Source: Octopus vulgaris
Lineage: Eukaryota
NCBI GenBank assembly: GCA_951406725.2
Contig: OX597821.1
Location: 114,204,001 to 114,268,000, forward strand
Length of the DNA: 64,000 nt
Direction of reading: 5' to 3'
Part shown: in pieces, positions 53,743 to 64,000 of the stretch
How positions within the stretch are numbered: the stretch's first letter is position 1
Layout: each line of letters begins with the position of its first letter
Made by a program: the position numbers and the translations under genes
The notes under the pieces: generated by a model
What the model saw: only the letters and a program-made list of their open reading frames with translations
Database searches by the model: none
Told to the model about the DNA's origin: nothing

Positions 53743-54839
53743 CTATCACTCTACATGCATTTAATTCATAATTAAAATTGATTAGAAAAGTTCGCATTTT
53801 ACAGCAAAACAGTTAACAACAGAAAAAATTACTTTAAATGTTTTAATATGTTAAAATATATTGAAACCCTTTCGTGAGTTCATTACCATACTCATGTGTC
53901 GTCTGATTATAATACCGCATACATAGGAGCAGGCCGGAAAATCGTCTGGCATACATATATGAACTGTTGAAGGTCCAAATATATATTCAGAAGGAAGTGA
54001 GGAAAAGGACAAATATATACGCAACATTTTTAAAGATTTAGAAGCCAGAAACCTAGAAACAGTAACCGGAAATAGCATTCAGGTTGCCACGCTCACATAA
54101 TATCGGATAAAAGGATGGTAATATTACTGTAATTCCATTAAAATAAGTATGAAACGAGAAATATATTACATATGGTTTTCATTGGGTTAACGAATTTTTT
54201 CTGTTATTTTTAGTTTGTAAATTGTTTTTCAAGTTATTCTGCCACATTGAGTTTTTTGTTTGGTTGTTAGAGTTTATCATAGTTAATGAAAATGGTTAGT
54301 TCTGACGGCGGGCAAAGATATTCTCCCTTTGATACCAATGTATTTGTCTCCTCTGGAAGTATTTCCGACAGAATAGAAGATATTTTAAAACTCATTTTCT
54401 ATTTTTTCTTAGTTATAGTTTCTTTGTTTTTCAGTGACTTCAGTTATCATTGTGGTATTCTTATAAACGCAAAGAAAAAAAGCGGTGACAAGCTCTTTTA
54501 AAATGGTTGCATTCAATCATTCTATTAAAGATTAAAGAAAGAATTGACAGCAAGTTTGTTTTCAAGAAACACAAAACATCTTTTAAGAAATTCCATTTGT
54601 AAATATTTATAAAACCTATTTTAGCAAAAACTTTGTGACTTGATGATAAATTCTCTAAGTTCTACACAACTTTTAATCGAGTCCTATCGTCTGCGATTCT
54701 GAATTTTGTCAACTTCCACGTTGTTTTAATCAAATTTAAAACAAATAAAAAACTATATAATCACGACTCATGCGCTAGTGCCTTACCAAAAGATGTTACC
54801 TACAGGACTGTGGAAACTTAGTCTTTGTCGATTATGATC

Positions 54840-55010
54840 TTAGATGAACTTGGATGGGAGGCATAGACCTTCCTATAGGATTTGATGGAATCGGGGTTCA
54901 TTCGAAGCTTGGGAATCTTAGACAAGCTACAAAGGAGAGAATAAAACGTTGCCAGAAAAATGTCAGAAGCTACTGAGAAAGCAAGCCATTACATTAAGCT
55001 TAACAGACAG
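54840..55010 (+). mobile_element. Possible Hero/NeSL-type RLE LINE 3' end relic
   Basis: Frameshifted GWEA*TFPI..RGF and MSEATEKASHYI resemble the Hero 'GW....PVEVGCRGF...EAAE.AS.WIW' C-terminus. Confidence 0.4.
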
Positions 55011-55386
55011 GACGAGCAGAGCACTGAGGGCGATAGAAACAGCTGACCCAGAGGGAGTCGAAACATTTACAGAGTTACTTCCCCGTCCGGCAAGACATTG
55101 GTTTAGCATTTAGAAACGAAGTATAGTAGTAACCTCAGCACACAAGTGTTGCCCTGATTAAGAACGAGAGCCACTGATAAATATACACTGGCGAAAATAA
55201 ATTTAAGACCGACGATAAAAGTTCTATTTCTTACAAAATATTTTGTTACTAACACCATACAAATTATTTTTATCTTTTACACCTTATGCAGAATTTATTT
55301 CTCTTTCGAATAATGCAGACAATAGCTATTTTTATACAACTTGAAGAATTCTAATGCTAAATTAATATAAACGTTTCAAATTTACC

Positions 55387-55555
55387 GGCGGTATTTCGTC
55401 TGCCGTTACGTTCTGAGTTCAAATTCTGCCGAGGTCAATTTTGCCTTTCATCCTTTCAGGGTAGATGAAATAAATACCAGTTATGCACTGGGGTCGATAT
55501 AATAGACTAGCCCCTTTCTCCAAAATTTTCAAGGCCTTGTTCCTAGAGTAGGAAT
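55387..55555 (+). mobile_element. SINE family A
   Basis: B-box and core. Confidence 0.8.
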
Positions 55556-55990
55556 AATTATTAGTAATGGTACAATTTGTAATATAAAATAACATGTCTT
55601 ACAAACTTGTTAATTTGCTGGTCTTTGGTTTAAAATGTCTGAGAAACTAGATATCATTTCAGTTCTTTGATTGTAATATTTTCTTCTTGATTGGCGCTTC
55701 TTTGATGTTTGTGAGTTATTTTTGTTGGTTTTGTGTTTAAAATATGATAAATTGTTACACACCAACAATCTCCTGTTAATTTGTGATCTGTAAATATGAT
55801 CCAATGAAAAGGCACCAAGATTATTGCGAAATATGCTCAGGAGCTGCAATGTTTCTGGGTAGTTTTGTCTGGGCCACACTGTCTTCGTCTTTAGGAGAAA
55901 TAAGTTGTGGCCGTTACCTGCAGAAAGATTACCTCTATCGGGCTGAGGACACAGGGCAAAGTAAAATAATCTAATATGGCTGCATTAAAA

Positions 55991-56195
55991 GGGCGGCGAG
56001 ATGGCAGAATCGTTAGCACGCCGGGCGAAGTGCTTAGCGTTTGTCTTTATGTTCTGAGTTCAAATTCCGCCGAGGTGGACTTTACCTTTCATCCTTTCGG
56101 GATTGATAAGAAAAATAATTACCATTTGAACACTGGGGTCGATCTAATCGACTAGCTCCTTCCTAAAAATTTCGGGCTTTGTGCCTAGAGAAAAG
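55991..56195 (+). mobile_element. SINE family A with apparent target-site duplication
   Basis: Head and core; flanked by direct repeat AATATGGCTGCATTAAA (55973-55989 / 56196-56212). Confidence 0.85.
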
Positions 56196-56370
56196 AATAT
56201 GGCTGCATTAAAGAAATTTGCATTAGATATAGGGAAATGCAATTGTTTTATTGTTAAACTATATTTATAATTATTAAATAAATATTATAATATATGAGTT
56301 AGCATTTTATGAGATAGATAGAAAAATAGTTTACCCACACACACACCATTCAGACACACACACATACGTG

Positions 56371-56442
<72 letters not shown>

Positions 56443-58257
56443 TGAATGTATGTATAAATGTATATATATAAATATAAATGTATGTAATGAGCAAAACCGT
56501 AACTGCTTAGCATAATCGAGACATTTTTCCAAAACCTAATACTGTTGACAGCCAACTTCATCTCTCTCTCCCCCCCACACACACACACACACGCGCGCTG
56601 TAATATACTTAAAAATAAAAATTTTGTTATGTTTCCGCAGTTTGTCAGGAGTATCTACTCCCACTCAAAGACGAATAAAGCAAATATTTTCATATAAAAA
56701 ATCACAGCAGCTAAAGAACATGACGTGAGAACTAGGAGGACAAACAGAAAGCGGAAAAAAAAACAGTGAGAGGGAAAGAGAGATGAAGAGGTACGGTAAG
56801 GAAAAATGGGAGAAAAAGAAACTTTAGAGAAGTCGTTTATTTTTGTATATAAAAATAAAGAAACAATTGTATGGTGACTTGAAATGGGAAGTGGTTTTAA
56901 GTCAATTCAAAACAGACAAATATTTGTTTAAAACAAACTAGTAAATGAAATTAATTCTAAGTTAATATTACGAGTGAAAAATGACCAAAACGCTTATTGA
57001 CATAATGATGATGCAAATAGAAAAGTAGAATTTGTCCAGAAATACAGATGTTGTTTGGAAAGCGAATTCATTGTGAAATATCAGACAAGATTTTATAATT
57101 ATAATTTTGTTTATAGATCTGTTAATTGAAGTCTCTAGTCAGGATTAGTTTTCTGGGTATTTTCCTTTCAATCTCTGACTCCATTTTATGAAAATATAAT
57201 ATTCAGACAGAACTCAAGACTTCCAGTTCTATGAAGTAGAAGGCATTAAATTTGTCCTGAAATCTCTCTCTCTCTCTTTCTTCTCTATCTATCTATCTTT
57301 CTATATCTCTATCTACCTATCTCTCTATCTATTTATCTATCTATCTATTTCTATCTATTTATCTATCTTCGCTACGTTTATTACAAGAATTAACCCTCTT
57401 TCATATCTCATGGCGTTTAAATTAGCGATTCTTAATATGCTGTCAATGGAACGATACAAAAATTTGTGGTGGCTTCATGAAAAAAAAAACGGGACATCCT
57501 ATGGTCAACAAAAATGTCTGATTTCTGACGAAGTCACACATAGGCTTACAAGACCGACAAATGATCGCTGTATTACAGTCTTCATATTTCTTTCTTTGTG
57601 CTAATTTTAACAGCATAAATAATAAAAATAACAACAGTATTCTGCTAAATTTTATTTAGGTCCTAAAAGATAAGAAAAACTCACATATGAAAAAAACATA
57701 ATTTCATCATTTTTCGTTAAGATATTTAACAATACAAAAGGTAGAAGAAACAACAGCACAAGATATCTAAAAGTGACTAACCTCCGTTTATTCTCGCTTC
57801 ATTCGAGATTTTTCTTCCAATTTGGTTTAAATAAATTCTCATTTAAGTCTTCAATAAGCATTCTTAAAATTTCCTACATAATTAACTTACCTGGGTCTAA
57901 GATTAATGCCTGCGTTCTCTCTTTATAAATTCTCTTACATCCTACTTAAATTACCACATATGTAACATACCAAGAAATCATCTCCTCACTAACCTTTAAG
58001 CTGATCCAAGCTACTCCTTAACTATTGCACTTTGATTCAATTTAACTATAGTAAACCTATCATTTCTTTGATTGGACTATAGACGTAGATAGCTATCGTG
58101 TGCAACCTTCATTTATTATACACTCAGTAAAACCAACCCCGCTCTTTCTTCGTTTTGCTACTTTCAAATCTTTCTCTGTCTGAACTCATATAAATACCAC
58201 TTTCCATACCTTACTATAGTAAATGTATAGTGAGAATTTCTTTTATCTTTTTTCTGT

Positions 58258-58553
58258 CATTTTTACTTGTTTCAATCATTAGACTACGACCATGCTGAGG
58301 CATCGCCTTGAAGAATTTTAACCCAAGGAATCGACCTCAGCATTTATTTTTTCTTCAAGTCTTGTATTTATTCTATCGGTCTCTTTTGACGAACCTCTAA
58401 GCTATGGGGATATAAACACACCAACATCGGTTTCCGTCTACCAAATTCACTCACAAGGTTATAGAAGAAGATACAATCCTAAGGTGCCACGCAGTGGGAC
58501 TGAACCCGGAACCATAACCATATGGTTGGAAACAAACCACACAGCTGTGCCTG
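58258..58553 (-). mobile_element. SINE family B (deleted)
   Basis: Reverse-complement tail and B-box. Confidence 0.75.
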
Positions 58554-59117
58554 TGTCTTTCTAAATTGCTTTTATTCTTGCTGACACCCTGACCTCCCAG
58601 GACTGTGAATTTAGCAAGTTTATGATTAATCAACATAGGTCATTTGATATGCTCATTATCTGGATGAAGAATTCTTGTATTTTTATAAGTCCGTGACTAT
58701 GCTGCCCACTTCTGCTAATAGATATATTAGTTGGAAACCCTGAAAGATGTACCCGAACTTTAGAGTCTAAGGGAAATGGTAAGGATATAACTTTTTCATT
58801 TATTAATTTATCAGTTATGCATATAAGCCTATGTGTAGCGAGGAAACGGTTCCTCTAACCATCCGAAAACGATCCTAACTTCGAATAAAGTGATGTAACA
58901 AATAATCTTAATTTCTTTTTGTCCTATTATTATTAGATTCTGCTATTAATGCACCAACCAATCGATTGGTGAATAATCCTAGTCTATATGGGTCGACCTG
59001 TGGATTTAGCCTATAAAGAGTACTGTATTCCTCACTTGACATTTTGTTAGCCAGGTTTTTTCGCATAAAGTGCTTACTAAGGTATACGCTTGAATCTCTT
59101 CATTCCGTATTTTTATC

Positions 59118-59204
<87 letters not shown>

Positions 59205-59243
59205 ACAGACAGATAGACAGATAGACACACAGACAGACAAACG

Positions 59244-59323
<80 letters not shown>

Positions 59324-60349
59324 TCACGTGTATACGGTATATATTTAGTCATGTTTCAATGTTTCATTGTCATAAAAGAAAAACGATAGTATATAAATAA
59401 GTTTCTCAAATTACAAATGCCTGGTAGAAACTCATTTTTTAATTAAAACTCATTCGTTTGATTTTATTTTCGCCAAACAACTAAACCCAAGTTTTTCCTT
59501 AATTTCAGTGTACTTAATCAGTGCCTCAGAGTTATAATTTGAAGCTGACATTAAACTCTGGAACTGATTGCATATTCTGGCTTTCCACTGCTACCTAATG
59601 AGCGAATGCCAAACTGCAAATAAAATGTTTAATGCGTCCCTTATGCATAGTCAGCCGTAGACGAACATAACGTTTGTAAATTTACGGCACAGATTTAAAC
59701 CGATTGGCAAGCCACTTAAAATAATTCCATTTATTGCTTTATATGTATTTGAGTGTCGTTATACAGGAATAAGTGTGTATCGTTGACTGTGTGATATCAA
59801 AAATAAAACTAAGAGTAGATTTTGAAATAAAATGCAAGAAAATTTATGGAAGCCATTTTAAAAGACAAACCATCTTTTCTGCCGTCGGGTAGATATATTT
59901 CTTTACTATCCACAAGAGGCTAAACACAGAGGGGATAAACAAGGACAGACAAATGGATTAAGTCGTAGATAAAAAGCACTGTTATTGAGGCCTTAAAAGA
60001 GCGATACTCTTGCACATGACATCGGTTCTACACGAAAAATATGTCGGCGGGCATATGGATTTATGAAATAAAGTCTGGAGAGAAGTACTTAGCAAACCAG
60101 ACATTTTGAGAAATTGCTGTACAGTTATTAATGGTGCTTTGCGGAAAAAAAAGAGAAAAAAATGAAGTATCTGTAGACTTAAAAATCCTAACGGAAATAC
60201 TTTTCGAATTATTTATAGAAGAGCTTCAAAGAAGAACCACTCCCCGATATTGGTGTGTGTGTATGTGTACAGGAAAATACAGACACACGTACACACCCAT
60301 GCACATGCACACACACACACAATTATATATAAGTATTTGTGCATGTGAA

Positions 60350-60706
60350 GAGACGCAATGGCCCAGTGGTTAGCGCAGCGGACTCGCGATCAAAGGATCG
60401 CGGTTTCGATTCCCAGACCCGGCGCTATGAGTGTTTATTGAGCGAAAACACCTAAAGCTCCACGATCCTCCGGCAGGAGGTGGTGGCGAACCCTGCTGTA
60501 CCTGTTCACCATAACTTTCTCTCACTCTTTCTTCTTGTTTCTGCTGTACCTGTATTTCAAAGGGGCCAACCTTGTCACACTCTGTGTCACGCTGAATCTC
60601 CCCCGAGAACAACGTTAAGGGTACACGTGTCTGTGGAGTGCTCAGCCACTTGCACGTTAATTTCACAAGCAGGCTGTTCCGTTGATCGGATCAACTGGAA
60701 CCCTCG
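60350..60706 (+). mobile_element. SINE family C, full length, followed by (GTAT)n
   Basis: TGGCCCAGTGGTTAG A-box, GGTTTCGATTCC B-box, tail GTTCCGTTGATCGGATCAACTGGAACCCTCG. Confidence 0.9.
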
Positions 60707-60948
60707 TATGTATGTATGTATGTATGTATGTATGTATGTATGTATGTATGTATGTATGTATGTATGTATGTATGTATGTATGTATGTATGTATGTATGTA
60801 TGTATGTATGTATGTATGTATGTATGTATGTATGTATGTATGTATGTATGTATGTATGTATGTATGTATGTATGTATGTATGTATGTATGTATGTATGTA
60901 TGTATGTATGTATGTATGTATGTATGTATGTATGTATGTATGTATGTA
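60706..60948 (+). repeat. (GTAT)n microsatellite
   Basis: Direct observation. Confidence 0.95.
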
Positions 60949-62117
60949 CGTACGTACGTATGTGCGTATGTATGCATGCATGTATGTATGTGCGCGCGTG
61001 TGTGTTCTCTTTTTTATTTAGAATCATTATTAACCGGCCACCTACTCGGGAGCAAGATTCTAAAGGAAAGTATCCTGTTTTAAATAATGGTCCTTTAAAT
61101 TTTAAGAAAGCCTTATAGATTTTTATAGTCCCAGATGTCGCGATCATTTGTAATATATGAATTAAAGATGTCTGTTCTCTCTTCCCAAGACCCCAAGTTC
61201 AGCCATACTTTGCTTCAAACGTGTTGGCATTTATCCTGCTACTCCACTAACAATAGATATGAGGCTGAAAGGGTATCTTGGATAAAGGATTTGCGAACTT
61301 CTTATCAAAAGGTCCATAGATAATCTCTTTCTCTTGTACTTTCCTAATCACATTATTGTCTAACCATATGTTTGTGTGGGGGGTTGCATGTGCATAGAAA
61401 CGTGAGCTTTTCCTCACATACTCTCATATACCTAAATGTTCACGTATTACAGCATAGACAGGAAATACGGTTCTCCTGCTGTAAGGTGAAACATTAAAAT
61501 TATTGCAACCTTCATAAGCGTTTTGTTGGTTTTATGTACATTTAGAACATATAACACATTCTTTAAAAATATTAAAATTTGTAACTTTTAGTTTACGTTA
61601 TTTCTGACAGGAATACCATATTGTTAACATTTGCAACTAAACTTCAATTTTTTAATGTCACAAAGTCATAAGTTCATATTGTAGGCTACACTTTTGCTTT
61701 CATTCACAAACAGTGAAAAAAATTTAGCACCCCAGGCAAAATGCTTAGCGGCATTTCGTCCGTCTTTGCGTTTAGACTTCAAATCCCGCCGAGGTCGATC
61801 TTGGCTTTCATCTATCGGAGGCCGATAAAATAAGGACCCGTTGAACAATGGGGTCGATGTAATCGACTTCCTCCTAAATTGCTGGCCTTATGTCAAAATT
61901 TGAACCCAATACTTAAAAATTTTATTTCGATTTCTTTTCATTGAATAGAAACGAATGAGTACTCGACAAAATCAAGAGCCGAATATCATTTGTAACCCTG
62001 GAGAAATATAAAGGTCAAAGTCAAGACAACATTTTAGTAATGACAGACTAAAATTTATTGAATATTCTGCAGTATTATAACTGGTATCTCTTTTTATTAA
62101 CTCTAATAAACATTAAT

Positions 62118-62315
62118 CCTTTCTACTATAGGCACAAGGCCTGGAATTTGGGGGCAGGGGATAAGTCAATTACATCGACCCCAGTTCTCAACTGTTACTT
62201 AATTTATCGACCACGAAAATGATGAAAGGCAAAGTCAACCTCGGCGGAATTTGAACTCAGAACCTACGCGAAGCATTTCGCCCTGCGTGCTAACGCTTCT
62301 GCCAACTTACCGCCT
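62118..62315 (-). mobile_element. SINE family A
   Basis: Reverse-complement head and core; flanked by direct repeat CTAATAAACATTAAT (62103-62117 / 62320-62335). Confidence 0.85.
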
Positions 62316-63037
62316 TAACCCTAATAAACATTAATGACAAGGTGACCTCGTGACGATTTGAGCCAAGAGAACTAAATCAACCAAATTATCCTTCCGCTTT
62401 TTTTTAATAGAAATGGATATGGCATAATTTAGCTGTGATTCTATCTTGGTTCTAATAGATCTGGTGACCAAATAGTGGTTTCCTTGACAACTCGTGACTG
62501 TATCATATTTTTGGTTAGATATGAATTCACTTTAACTTGCCAAATGTTGACACGCATATAAATCTTTTCCACATGTCCTTTGCATTGATTTGTCTATTTT
62601 TATTTTATTTTGCTTCATCTTCGTTCTTCATTTTAATCGCACTCAAACTGAACACTTTACATCATTTGTTTTCAATCCCGTTTTCTTTCAGCCAACCCGT
62701 TTGCCAACTTCAGTTGCTCTTCATCCTTCGAATTCTTCACTTATTTTCTATTTAGTGATACGCTTAGTCTGTTTAATCCTTTAAATCGCCTCTTTTCTAT
62801 TTTCATGTCTGCGGTAATTTTCTTTCATCGTACTCAACTTCACAATGTCAAGAGTGAAGAGAAGTATAACTTCCTGTAAGTTAAATATTTCCAGACGAAA
62901 TCTTGCTGCCAGATGTAACATTGATCCAGTTTAAGACCTGTTCGAGAAAATCAGTAGGGAAAATCAGGATAATCGCGGCGTTAAGATGATCGCTCCGTGG
63001 CCATCACATGGAATTTTATACTTTCGCACGAGTCTCT

Positions 63038-63039
<2 letters not shown>

Positions 63040-63069
<30 letters not shown>

Positions 63070-64000
63070 ATTTGGCTCAAAAGCAAATAGCAAGGCCATG
63101 TAGGGGGACATGGAGTTAAGTACAGGGTGGTGTTCATGTAAAGAGTTCAGGCCACTTGAGGTCAGGGAGGCTTTGAACAAAGCGGTCGTCGGCATCTTCA
63201 CCATCTCGTCTGGCAGCTTGTTCCACGGATCCGCAACCCGGACGGAGAAAGCTCCTCTCCTTCGATTGAGATGAAATCGTCGCAGGTAGAGCTTTTCGGA
63301 ATGACCCCGCAGCCGACGCTCTGGAGCAGGAGTGAAGAACAGCTCTTTCGAGAGGTTACACTTCCGCTTATGATGTTGTGGGCGAGAATGAGATCACCAC
63401 GGCGGCGGCGTTTTTCAAGAGAATAAAGGTCGAGCGTCCTCAGCCTTTCTTCGTAGGACAAATTTTTGAGACCATGAACCATGCGGGTAGCCAGCTTCTG
63501 GACTCTTTCGAGATGCTGTATGTCTTTGAAGAGATAAGGAGAAGAGGCTTGAATCCCATACTCCAATATGGGTCTCACCAGCGTGACATAGAGTGGCAGG
63601 AATATGGCTGCTGTGAGCATTCCGAATGGCCGTCGAATCAAGAACAGAATTCCGCGTGCTTTGTTGGCAGCATGGACGCACTGGGCCGAAGGCGAAAAGG
63701 AGGAATCCACCAAGATACCTAGGTCCTTTACCTGATCGGTCCTCTCCAGCAGCAGACGACCCGGCTCGAAATCAAGTTGAGTTGCAGGAGTAGAGCCGAC
63801 AGGCAGATGACAGCACTTTGACACGTTCAGACACAGGTCCCAATTGTTAGACCACTTCCAAATTTGGTGGAGGCATCGACGAAGATCCTCTATATTACCG
63901 CGAGGAGCGACCAGTTTGATATCGTCGGCAAATAGAAGGGTGTGTTGCGTGAGGTCGTCGGGCAAGTCATTTATGAAGACTAAGAACAACAAGGGCCCAA
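63040..64000 (-). mobile_element. CR1-clade LINE 3' part (RT C-terminus, 3' UTR, (TAAC)n tail); continues beyond the window
   Basis: LFLVFINDLP..LLFADDIKL..KDLGI..RPILEYG..LERVQKLATRMV..LSYEERL..LEKRRRRGDLI; tail (AGTT)n at 63040-63069. Confidence 0.92.

Noticed and set aside
53864-54190. AACCCT...GGGTTAA ends suggesting a piggyBac-like MITE
   Set aside because: TIR match is too short and the left TTAA is missing.
56641-56790. Apparent 150-nt exon (TTTCCGCAG acceptor, GTACGG donor)
   Set aside because: All three frames contain stops, and there is no other support.
57524-57560. CTGACGA-AGTC..GGCT hammerhead-like start
   Set aside because: GAAA and the cleavage triplet are absent.

Overview
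This is AT-rich, microsatellite-dense eukaryotic intergenic or intronic DNA. The SINE families and repeat load suggest a cephalopod, probably Octopus (inference). I see no host protein-coding exon; almost all listed ORFs are microsatellite artefacts. The window is a transposon mosaic. It holds three tRNA-derived SINE families and a cluster of R4/Dong-type RLE LINEs inserted in (TAA)n, the largest a 2.7-kb copy with RT (YMDD), CCHC and RLE domains. It also holds a CR1-type LINE 3' end, RTE and Hero-like fragments, Tc1/mariner relics, a fold-back MITE, and a Penelope-like element (GIY-YIG) bracketed by hammerhead motifs. The most notable signal is about 15 type-I hammerhead ribozyme (HHR)-like motifs, read by eye. 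Several have intact cores (6149-6198 -, 19373-19454 -, 19665-19746 +, 51438-51516 +, 53155-53223 +). One three-copy family has a variant core, CUGUNGA-A. Many sit in or beside (TA)n tracts, often inside long fold-back palindromes, pointing to a Penelope/retrozyme-like microsatellite-associated ribozyme element system. No catalytic activity or database match has been verified, and repeat boundaries are approximate.
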